A stretch of DNA of 32,000 bases from contig JANRKO010000033.1 in the NCBI GenBank assembly GCA_033763455.1, positions 230,002 through 262,001 of the forward strand, given 5' to 3'. Of this stretch, positions 25,096 through 32,000 are shown piece by piece. This stretch comes from Polyangiaceae bacterium (GTDB lineage: Bacteria > Myxococcota_A > Polyangia > Polyangiales > Polyangiaceae). Within the stretch, counting starts at the first letter, position 1, and each line of letters starts with the position of its first letter. Both the position numbers and the translations under genes were made by a program. The notes under the pieces were generated by a model that was given only the letters and a program-made list of their open reading frames with translations, was not told where the DNA came from and did not search any database.

Positions 25096-26121
25096 ATGGC
25101 AAACAACGAGATATCTACAGCTTCCGTACTCGCCTTCGAGCGAAAACTCGACCCATCAGATGGGCTGTTTAGTGCAGGCAATTGGGCCGATAGGAAAAGC
25201 ACAAACTGGCCACCCGTCGCTGTGCGTGAGAAATCCGTCCGAGGAACTATTTCGAATAGGCTCAAAGCGAAAGACCAGGACCCCGCCAAGCTTGACGGAA
25301 AGATTCAGTCCCCAAATCTACAGCGAGTAGATGTTGCCACCCTGCCGCCGGACGCTGACACTCTTCGTGTCAAGTTCACTCTAAGAGTGCTAGGTGGCGC
25401 GGGGCATCCGTCGGCCTGCAATAGCGACGCATATCAGACGAAACTGCTTGATACCGTCAACGCGTATGTGAACTCACAGGGTTTCTCGGTGCTTGCCACG
25501 CGGTACGCCTTCAACCTTGCAAACGGCCGGTTCCTTTGGAGGAATCGTGTAGGCGCTGAGGCTGTGGAGGTCACGGTAACGCAACTCAAGGATGGGAAGG
25601 CTCAAGATGAGTGGTGCTTTGATTCGCTCAAAATCAGCCTCCGCGAGTTTACCGAGAACGCTGAGTTGAAGCGCCTCGCTTCAGCTATTGAAGGCGGATT
25701 GGCTGGGAGCAGCCACGTGTTGTTGCAGGTCGTGGCTCACGTTCGCATTGGTAACGGTCAGGAAGTGTTCCCGTCCCAGGAACTCATCCTGGATAAGGGT
25801 GACAAGAAGGGGCAGAAGAGCAAGACACTCTACACGGTGAGAGATGTCGCCGGGCTCCATTCTCAAAAAGTCGGAAACGCACTGCGCACCATTGACACTT
25901 GGTATCCGGATTCAGCCGAGCTTGGTCCCATCGCAATTGAGCCATACGGCTCGGTGACTTCGCTGGGCAAAGCCTATCGGCAGCCGAAGCAGAAAATGGA
26001 TTTCTATACTCTCCTGGATCGATGGGTGCTCAAAGGTGAATCACCACCACTGGAGCAACAGCATTATGTGATGGCCAACTTGGTTCGCGGCGGCGTGTTC
26101 GGAGAATCGGAGAAGGATTGA
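25096..26121 (+). CDS. csy3: Csy3 / Cas7f backbone subunit
   Basis: The ATG at 25096 gives [23 protein letters not shown]... (341 aa), the expected Csy3 start and size. The longer ORF from 24697 overlaps csy2 in another frame and is not credible. Confidence 0.9.
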   Translation: MANNEISTASVLAFERKLDPSDGLFSAGNWADRKSTNWPPVAVREKSVRGTISNRLKAKDQDPAKLDGKIQSPNLQRVDVATLPPDADTLRVKFTLRVLGGAGHPSACNSDAYQTKLLDTVNAYVNSQGFSVLATRYAFNLANGRFLWRNRVGAEAVEVTVTQLKDGKAQDEWCFDSLKISLREFTENAELKRLASAIEGGLAGSSHVLLQVVAHVRIGNGQEVFPSQELILDKGDKKGQKSKTLYTVRDVAGLHSQKVGNALRTIDTWYPDSAELGPIAIEPYGSVTSLGKAYRQPKQKMDFYTLLDRWVLKGESPPLEQQHYVMANLVRGGVFGESEKD

Positions 26122-26125
26122 TCCA

Positions 26126-26686
26126 ATGGACCATTATTTGGATCTAAGGGTACTTCCGGACCCCGAGTTCCCGGCCTCACAGCTGATGAGCGCACTGTTC
26201 ATGAAGCTGCACCGGGTGCTGGCTCGAACCTCAGCAGGCAACATTGGCGTGAGCTTTCCAGCGGTGAACGAAGACGCTCCCCACCTTGGAAACACGCTAC
26301 GCCTGCACGGGACAGCTCAGGCCTTCGAACTTCTTATGCGTGAACCGTGGCTCACCGGTATGAGGGACCACATCAGCATTGGTGGAGTGGCGGCCGTTCC
26401 GTCCAATGTCGCGTATCGCCGCGTGCGCCGAGTGCAAGCGAAGAGCAATGTGGAGCGCGTTCGGCGGCGTCAGATGAAGCGCCATGGCTGGTCGGATGCG
26501 GAGGCCCGCGAGCGCATTCCCAGGACCGCCGAACGCACCCTCTCCCTGCCCTACTTGCAGCTGTATAGTGAAAGTACGGGTCACAAGTTCCCACTGTTCC
26601 TACGTCATGAAGCGGCTGAGAGCTCCACTCCGGGGGTGTTCAACGCCTACGGGCTCAGTGACACAGCCACGTTGCCCTGGTTCTGA
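26126..26686 (+). CDS. cas6f: Cas6f / Csy4 crRNA endoribonuclease
   Basis: MDHYLDLRVLPDPEFPASQLMSALFMKLHRVL (catalytic His context KLH), RVQAKSNVERVRRRQMKRHG arginine-rich helix, LYSESTGHKFPLF (Ser context), and C-terminal LPWF. Confidence 0.95.
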   Translation: MDHYLDLRVLPDPEFPASQLMSALFMKLHRVLARTSAGNIGVSFPAVNEDAPHLGNTLRLHGTAQAFELLMREPWLTGMRDHISIGGVAAVPSNVAYRRVRRVQAKSNVERVRRRQMKRHGWSDAEARERIPRTAERTLSLPYLQLYSESTGHKFPLFLRHEAAESSTPGVFNAYGLSDTATLPWF

Positions 26687-26837
26687 CCCTTTTTCTTGTG
26701 CTCTCGACAAACGCCCCTTTTTCCTGGGTCCCTTCTAGCCTACGGGAAAAGGGGATTTTTCGTTTCTGCGGACCACGGACGCGCTACCTACCCGAACTTG
26801 CTGTAGATTTTCGAGCGGGCCAACTGCATTCTCGTTG
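26687..26837 (+). promoter_or_regulatory. CRISPR leader region (cas6f-proximal)
   Basis: 151-nt non-coding stretch between the cas6f stop and repeat 1. The leader end is assigned here because all proximal repeats are identical, the only divergent repeat is at the far end, and the repeat reads in the canonical I-F transcribed orientation on the plus strand. Confidence 0.5.
26714..26760 (+). terminator. Possible intrinsic terminator or leader structure after cas6f
   Basis: CCCCTTTTTCC (26714-26724) pairs with GGGAAAAGGGG (26744-26754): 11 bp including one G-U pair. It is followed by ATTTTTCGTTT. The 19-nt loop is long for a classical terminator. Confidence 0.3.
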
Positions 26838-29327
26838 GTTCACTGCCGCACAGGCAGCTTAGAAAATGTTGAGCTCGACAAGGGCGAGATACCAATTGTT
26901 CACTGCCGCACAGGCAGCTTAGAAAAAGGAAGCGGCGCCCGAAGGCGAAACCCCCTAGTTCACTGCCGCACAGGCAGCTTAGAAATCGCGAACCACGCGC
27001 ACGTCGCGGTCAACCACGTTCACTGCCGCACAGGCAGCTTAGAAACATCCGCAACTGGGGCAAGCACCAGAAGATTGAGTTCACTGCCGCACAGGCAGCT
27101 TAGAAATACAAGCGAGCGCCAGACTGGGACCGCGAAGAGTTCACTGCCGCACAGGCAGCTTAGAAATACCGCGTCGAGCTCCCCACGGGCGCCGTCGTGT
27201 TCACTGCCGCACAGGCAGCTTAGAAAACCGGCATCTTGAAAGTCACGGTTCCAATGAGGTTCACTGCCGCACAGGCAGCTTAGAAAATCTCCGAGCAAGG
27301 GCGGGCCCCAAAGAACGAGTTCACTGCCGCACAGGCAGCTTAGAAAGCCCTCCTCAAGCGTTGCCGAAGCGTCGAGACGTTCACTGCCGCACAGGCAGCT
27401 TAGAAATGAGCGTCTTCAAGGCCCTGCCTGACAACATCGTTCACTGCCGCACAGGCAGCTTAGAAAGCGAGCGTGAGCCCGTCTCGGTTCTCCTTGCGGT
27501 TCACTGCCGCACAGGCAGCTTAGAAAAAGGGGTCGAAGGCAACCTTGCTGCACAAGGTGTTCACTGCCGCACAGGCAGCTTAGAAAATTGTGTGGGGAGC
27601 CATAATGGTGGCGGCTGCGTTCACTGCCGCACAGGCAGCTTAGAAACCGACGCGCGCGGGTTAGACGGTCTCGAAGTTCGTTCACTGCCGCACAGGCAGC
27701 TTAGAAAAAGAGGAAGCGGCGGAGGTGGCAGCGTGAGCCGTTCACTGCCGCACAGGCAGCTTAGAAAATTCAGCAGCTGGTTCGGGCTGCGGTGTGGAAG
27801 TTCACTGCCGCACAGGCAGCTTAGAAATTCATAGGCCGCTCGCGTGAGTGAGAATTTTGGTTCACTGCCGCACAGGCAGCTTAGAAACTAAAGGATTCCC
27901 AGTCCCCACCCCACTCAATGTTCACTGCCGCACAGGCAGCTTAGAAAATATGGGGAGGGCCGGGTCGTGAGCGTGACAAGTTCACTGCCGCACAGGCAGC
28001 TTAGAAATCTACCACCCGATAGTCGCACACACGCTTGAGGTTCACTGCCGCACAGGCAGCTTAGAAAGTATGGTGTAACCACACGCTCCACATTCTCCCG
28101 TTCACTGCCGCACAGGCAGCTTAGAAACACTCCAGGGAGCACTTGCGGGATGCGTCCTTGTTCACTGCCGCACAGGCAGCTTAGAAAGGACGCTCCGGAA
28201 TGCTACACCGGTCACACGCGTTCACTGCCGCACAGGCAGCTTAGAAAAAGTCGGTCCTCCGCTGATTGTCTATGGTTTCGTTCACTGCCGCACAGGCAGC
28301 TTAGAAAAGGGATGCTCGCGTTGCCGCATATTGGGACGGGTTCACTGCCGCACAGGCAGCTTAGAAAACCCACGAGCTAGCTCCGTCTGCACTACTTAAG
28401 TTCACTGCCGCACAGGCAGCTTAGAAAATGCGCCGTGGTGTTCTATCGGGCTTTACCATGTTCACTGCCGCACAGGCAGCTTAGAAAGTGCTGAGGTAGG
28501 GCGAGACAATCGCATTGAAGTTCACTGCCGCACAGGCAGCTTAGAAAGTGGAGGATGTGCGCTTTGCATGCACGCCCCTGTTCACTGCCGCACAGGCAGC
28601 TTAGAAAAGGAGATATTAGACTCCTTGCCACACATACTAGTTCACTGCCGCACAGGCAGCTTAGAAAACTAGGGTTGGGAAGTTCAACTTCCTTCACGAG
28701 TTCACTGCCGCACAGGCAGCTTAGAAAGTTTGCTGACGACCGCTACAGCGCCACCTACCGTTCACTGCCGCACAGGCAGCTTAGAAATGCGAGCGGTGCG
28801 GGCATACGTGGGAGGTGGAGTTCACTGCCGCACAGGCAGCTTAGAAATGGTAACCCGGATTGAGTTTCGGAAGGTGGAGGTTCACTGCCGCACAGGCAGC
28901 TTAGAAAAGTAGATGCTGGCGTGATCGGGCAAGCCCCGCGTTCACTGCCGCACAGGCAGCTTAGAAATTAAAGGGCTTGTCCGACTTCCACGCCCGTATG
29001 TTCACTGCCGCACAGGCAGCTTAGAAATAGCGGACCCAAGGGTCGGATGACACGGGTCCGTTCACTGCCGCACAGGCAGCTTAGAAAAGTGGTTATCGGC
29101 GTCACCCGAGCCCCAACACGTTCACTGCCGCACAGGCAGCTTAGAAAGTAGCGCTTGGGCGCGGGCTCTTTGCGGTTCAAGTTCACTGCCGCACAGGCAG
29201 CTTAGAAAGTGAAAAAGCTCTAGTTTGTCCGTGTCCATCTGTTCACTGCCGCACAGGCAGCTTAGAAAAATTGGGCGCGCTTGGCGTCCTTGGCTTCCTC
29301 GTTCACTGCCGCACAGGCAGCTTAGAA
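26838..29327 (+). CRISPR. Type I-F CRISPR array, leader-proximal block: repeats 1-42 (repeat 42 interrupted after nt 27), spacers 1-41
   Basis: The 28-bp repeat GTTCACTGCCGCACAGGCAGCTTAGAAA recurs with a 60-nt period, starting at 26838, 26898, 26958 ... 29241, 29301. Spacers are 32 nt except S4, S14 and S39, which are 33 nt. All repeats looked identical on reading. Hairpin CTGCC-GCACA-GGCAG followed by the 8-nt handle CTTAGAAA. Confidence 0.97.
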
Positions 29328-29401
29328 GTGACCCATCAGCGACGCCGGGATGATCTCTTCGCAACTTCGGTGCAGGCTCGCGGGCGAAGCGGAGGTGTTG
29401 A

Positions 29402-29761
29402 GTGGCAAGGCGAAGAAAGATCAAGGATGAGGGCGAAGCAAAACGGTGCCTTTTGGCGGCCAGGCGTGGTGGGCAGGACGCGGCTGAGTGGGCTCGTTCC
29501 CACGGCATAGATGGGCGGTCGCTGAATGCGTGGCAGGTGAATTTAGAGCGGTGGGGGACGAGAGGTACGGCGCGCCCCCGTAAACGGCGTCCGGAGTCGC
29601 GAGCAAGAGCGCTGGTTGAGCTTGTTCCAAGGATGGGCAGCCGAAAGGCAGAGGCGGCAGGCCGATACGTGCTTGAGGTTGCTGGGGCGCGCGTGGAGTT
29701 TGGCGAGGAGGTCTCTGTGGCGACGTTGCGTAGGGTGCTTGAGGCTCTTCGCTCGTGCTGA
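29402..29761 (+). CDS. tnpA: IS66-family accessory protein TnpA (OrfA)
   Basis: Small HTH-like protein (AAEWARSHGIDGRSLNAWQ ... LVELVP ... VEFGEEVSVATLRRVLEAL) in the first position of the IS66 operon. Its stop overlaps the tnpB start (GTGCTGA). Confidence 0.8.
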   Translation: MARRRKIKDEGEAKRCLLAARRGGQDAAEWARSHGIDGRSLNAWQVNLERWGTRGTARPRKRRPESRARALVELVPRMGSRKAEAAGRYVLEVAGARVEFGEEVSVATLRRVLEALRSC

Positions 29762-30144
29762 GTTTGCCGCCGACGGTGCGGGTGTTTGTTGCGGTAGCGC
29801 CGCTCGACATGCGTGGCTCGTTCGACGCTTTGGCTGGCGCGGTGCGCGGGCTTGGGCTCGATCCGGTCGATGGCCATCTCTACCTCTTTCTCAACAAACG
29901 GAGGCGCCTAGCAAAGGCTTTGTGGTTCGATGGCTCGGGCTGGTGCGTGCTCGCGAAACGGCTGGAGGCTGGGAGTTTCCAGCTGCCGCCATTCGACGGT
30001 GACGAGCCGCAGGTGTCCATCGACGGCTCGATGTTCGCCTCTCTTTTGGCCGGTATCGACTACACGGCCGCACGGCGTGGGTGGTATCGGCGACCTCGGT
30101 TCGAAAAAACGCTGAAGAGGATCGACATGGATCGCCAAGTGTGA
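29755..30144 (+). CDS. tnpB: IS66-family accessory protein TnpB (Orf2)
   Basis: VRVFVAVAPLDMRGSFDALAGAV...DGHLYLFLNKRRRLAKALWFDGSGWCVLAKRLEAGSF is the conserved IS66 Orf2 signature. Confidence 0.9.
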   Translation: MLSLPPTVRVFVAVAPLDMRGSFDALAGAVRGLGLDPVDGHLYLFLNKRRRLAKALWFDGSGWCVLAKRLEAGSFQLPPFDGDEPQVSIDGSMFASLLAGIDYTAARRGWYRRPRFEKTLKRIDMDRQV

Positions 30145-30151
30145 TCTTTAC

Positions 30152-31660
30152 TTGTCAGTGGACGAGCTCGAAGCGTTGCGAAAGGAGAATGCGGCGCTGC
30201 GGCATCAGATTTCGCAACTTGTGGTCGCGCTCGCACGACTCAATGAGCGTGTCTCTGAGCTGCTCGCGGTAGCCCAGCGCAAACAGCGGAGGCCTCCCGC
30301 TCTGTCGGAGAAGCCGCCCGCGCCACCGCCCACCGTGGAGGATGAGGCACGGCGCGCCTTCGACGAGCGCCCGAAAGCCCCCGAGAAGCCCCCTCAGGAG
30401 AAGTTGCCAAAGCAGAAGTCGAAGCCCACGGGGCGCAAACCCATCCCCCAGCACCTCGAAGCCGAGGAGCACGAGTTGCGGCCCAATGCCTGCTCGGCGT
30501 GTCACGCAACGGACTTGGACGTCGTTGACGAGCTCATCGAAGAGAAGCTTCACGTCGTCAAGGAGCACCAGCGTCGTCGAGTGGTGCGGCGGTACACCTG
30601 TCGGTGCCGCTCATGCGGCGGGCGTACGACGCTTCGCTCGCTGCCTGCTCCCTACGAGCGCTCTAAGGTGACTTGCGAGTGGCTTGGGTGGCTCGTTTAT
30701 CAGAAATTCTGGCTGCTTACACCGCTCGACCGCATCCGTCGCGATCTGGCTCAGCGAGGTGTGCCCATCGCGATGAGTACGCTCGTGACCCTCATCGAGC
30801 GCGCGGCGGACTTGCTTGCGAGCATCGACGGTTTGCATTGGAAGCAGCTGCTAGCAAGCCCTTGGATGGCTACCGATGGGACCGGACTTAAAGTCATCGT
30901 GCCCAAACTCCCAGTCGCTCACAACGGCTACATTGAGCTCTATCGAAACAGCGATTGCGCTGTTTTTCAGTACGAAGCTGACAAGAGTGGCGAGGTCGTC
31001 CTTTCGAAGCTCCAGGCATTCCGTGGCACTCTCACCGCCGACGCTGAGCATCGATTCAACGCCGTCTTCGCTTCAGGGCTTGTGCTTGAAGCAGGGTGCA
31101 ACGCTCACGGTCGCAGAAAGTTCCGCGATGCCGAAGACACTCAGCCGGTGCTCGCTAAAGAGGGGGGCGCGTTCATCGGCGCCATGTACGGCGAAGAGGA
31201 AAAGGCGCAAAAGCTCGCCCTCATCGGTGACGCACTTCGCCAACATCGACAGCGATACATGCGCCCCATCGTGCGAGACTTTGAGTTCTGGCGCAACGCC
31301 GTAGAACCAACCCTTCTGCCTTCCGAGCCACTGGCGGTGGCGATTCGCTACTACAACAACCACAGCGATGCGCTCTTCCGCTTCATCGACGATCCGCTCG
31401 TACCCATCGACAATTCGCCAACCGAACGCGACTTCCAAAACGTCGCCAAGCTGCGCCTCAACATGCTCTTTGCGGGTAGTACCGAGGGCGCTCACCGCGC
31501 CTGCGTCCTCCTCGGTATTGTCGCCACCTGCCGCGCCCAAGGCGTGCCCGTCCAAGCTTATCTCACGTGGGCCTTTGAGCGCCTCGGTACTCACCGCGAC
31601 CTCTTTGCCCTCCCCCTCGAAGCCATGACACCCGCTGCCTTCAAGAAAACCCTCCCCTAA
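30152..31660 (+). CDS. tnpC: IS66-family DDE transposase TnpC
   Basis: N-terminal leucine-zipper-like ELEALRKENAALRHQISQL. Zn-finger cysteines (CSACH ... CRCRSCG). Catalytic region (MATDGTGLKV ... AGCNAHGRRKF ... DNSPTERDFQNVA). TTG start in the ORF track. Confidence 0.9.
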   Translation: MSVDELEALRKENAALRHQISQLVVALARLNERVSELLAVAQRKQRRPPALSEKPPAPPPTVEDEARRAFDERPKAPEKPPQEKLPKQKSKPTGRKPIPQHLEAEEHELRPNACSACHATDLDVVDELIEEKLHVVKEHQRRRVVRRYTCRCRSCGGRTTLRSLPAPYERSKVTCEWLGWLVYQKFWLLTPLDRIRRDLAQRGVPIAMSTLVTLIERAADLLASIDGLHWKQLLASPWMATDGTGLKVIVPKLPVAHNGYIELYRNSDCAVFQYEADKSGEVVLSKLQAFRGTLTADAEHRFNAVFASGLVLEAGCNAHGRRKFRDAEDTQPVLAKEGGAFIGAMYGEEEKAQKLALIGDALRQHRQRYMRPIVRDFEFWRNAVEPTLLPSEPLAVAIRYYNNHSDALFRFIDDPLVPIDNSPTERDFQNVAKLRLNMLFAGSTEGAHRACVLLGIVATCRAQGVPVQAYLTWAFERLGTHRDLFALPLEAMTPAAFKKTLP

Positions 31661-31712
31661 CTTCAACGCACGTTTCCATAACGTGCGCATCCCGGTGTCG
31701 CTGATGGGTCAC

Positions 31713-31901
31713 GCTTAGAAAGCGAGGACCCTGGCGATATCGCCGCACGCGTCGTTCACTGCCGCACAGGCAGCTTAGAAATTGCCGTCGCGGTTGGGCT
31801 CCTCGACCACCACGTTCACTGCCGCACAGGCAGCTTAGAAAACAGGGGCTCGGTAGCGGTGTCCAAGTCTCCCGTTCACTGCCTGTTAGCGGGCACATAA
31901 A
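31713..31901 (+). CRISPR. Type I-F CRISPR array, distal block: 3' remnant of repeat 42, spacers 42-44, repeats 43-44, divergent or truncated repeat 45
   Basis: GCTTAGAAA (31713-31721) completes repeat 42. Full repeats lie at 31754-31781 and 31814-31841. The last unit, 31874-31901, is GTTCACTGCCTGTTAGCGGGCACATAAA and matches the consensus only over its first 10 nt. Confidence 0.9.
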
Positions 31902-32000
31902 ACGGCGCAAATGTGAGCGCGTCTAGTTGGGGTTCCGCTGTTTTGTGTGGGCGCGTTCCTTGGCTTCTTTGGCGCGATAGCTCTGGCCTTCGATGGGGAT
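31884..32000 (-). mobile_element. Possible IS21-family element end abutting the truncated last repeat (continues beyond the window)
   Basis: Sequence identity to the repeat stops exactly where TGTTAGCGGG begins (31884). A near-copy, TGTGAGCGCG, follows at 31912-31921. Terminal TG plus reiterated end motifs are an IS21-family trait. An IstB-like C-terminus ends at 31923. Confidence 0.3.
31923..32000 (-). CDS. istB: C-terminal 25 aa of an IstB-like (IS21 helper ATPase) protein; 5' part lies outside the window
   Basis: Minus-strand translation from the window edge gives ...IPIEGQSYRAKEAKERAHTKQRNPN*. The I-x-G-x-SYR-x-KE ending resembles IstB C-termini (GESYRLKE type, recalled from memory). Only 25 codons are visible. 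Confidence 0.4.
   Translation of the reverse strand: MPIEGQSYRAKEAKERAHTKQRNPN

Larger units (their letters stand above)
29328..31712 (+). mobile_element. IS66-family insertion sequence (2385 bp) inserted in CRISPR repeat 42
   Basis: The left end is GTGACCCATCAGCGACGCCGGGATG. The reverse complement of the right end is GTGACCCATCAGCGACACCGGGATG, giving 24/25 identity. An 8-bp direct duplication GCTTAGAA flanks it (29320-29327 and 31713-31720). It carries the three-gene IS66 set. Confidence 0.92.

Noticed and set aside
28128-28196. The 3' end of spacer 22 (GCGTCCTT) is the reverse complement of the junction into spacer 23 (AAGGACGC)
   Set aside because: Only 8 nt are involved and the complementarity does not extend. 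It is most likely chance, not evidence of primed acquisition from overlapping protospacers.
26835-29186. Numerous 60-160 aa ORFs on both strands across the array (peptides full of HCRTGSLE, SLPHRQLRK or FLSCLCGSE)
   Set aside because: They are periodic translations of the 28-bp CRISPR repeat in different frames. No coding signal exists beyond the repeat-derived peptide.
29122-29877. 251-aa minus-strand ORF spanning the array/IS66 junction
   Set aside because: It runs through CRISPR repeats and is antisense to tnpA. Low-complexity Arg/Ser/Ala-rich sequence, so it is an artefact of GC-rich DNA.
31073-31690. 205-aa minus-strand ORF antisense to tnpC, plus similar shadows at 3633-4283, 5802-6248, 6155-6709, 10561-11010 and 23381-23899
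   Set aside because: All lie completely inside stronger, family-assignable genes on the other strand, and none shows a recognisable motif.
31949-31967. Partial similarity between spacer 41 (29269-29300, AATTGGGCGCGCTTGGCGTCCTTGGCTTCCTC) and the window end (GGGCGCG-TTCCTTGGCTTC)
   Set aside because: Only 7+11 nt match, and only with a 7-nt gap. The shared sequence is repetitive CTTGGC-type low complexity and is too weak to be a protospacer or self-target.

Overview
GC-rich bacterial chromosomal segment in three parts. (1) 1-10.0 kb is envelope and exported-protein housekeeping. It holds a 5'-partial GT2 glycosyltransferase/SAM-methyltransferase fusion and an AraC-family regulator. It also holds two convergent copies of the uncharacterised DUF1592-family (CxxCH lipoprotein) plus DUF1552 (Tat-signal) gene pair, with a Gly/Ser-rich lipoprotein between them. 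These families, and the Rpn/DUF4351-type protein further on, suggest a Myxococcota- or Planctomycetota-like host (inference only). (2) 10.1-18.3 kb is a nuclease- and toxin-rich defence-island-like stretch. In order it contains an Rpn-family PD-(D/E)xK protein, a Uma2 endonuclease, and two head-to-head VapBC toxin-antitoxin modules. These are followed by an AAA+/DUF4143 ATPase, one intact and one frameshifted Schlafen/AlbA_2-type protein, and an HTH-WYL regulator. (3) 18.4-31.9 kb is a complete type I-F CRISPR-Cas locus: cas1, cas2-3, csy1/cas8f, csy2/cas5f, csy3/cas7f, cas6f. Its array has 45 repeat units and 44 spacers (28-bp repeat GTTCACTGCCGCACAGGCAGCTTAGAAA). Repeat 42 is split by a 2385-bp IS66-family element with 25-bp terminal inverted repeats and an 8-bp target-site duplication. 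The last repeat keeps only 10 nt of consensus and abuts what looks like an IS21-family end with an istB C-terminus at the window edge. The observations most worth follow-up are: a 45-codon relic resembling a type I-E-style Cas3 N-terminus wedged between the WYL regulator and cas1f; the WYL regulator itself; the ATPase/Schlafen cluster; and the duplicated DUF1592/DUF1552 cassettes. No tRNA or rRNA genes were seen. All family calls rest on motif recognition by eye, not on searches.
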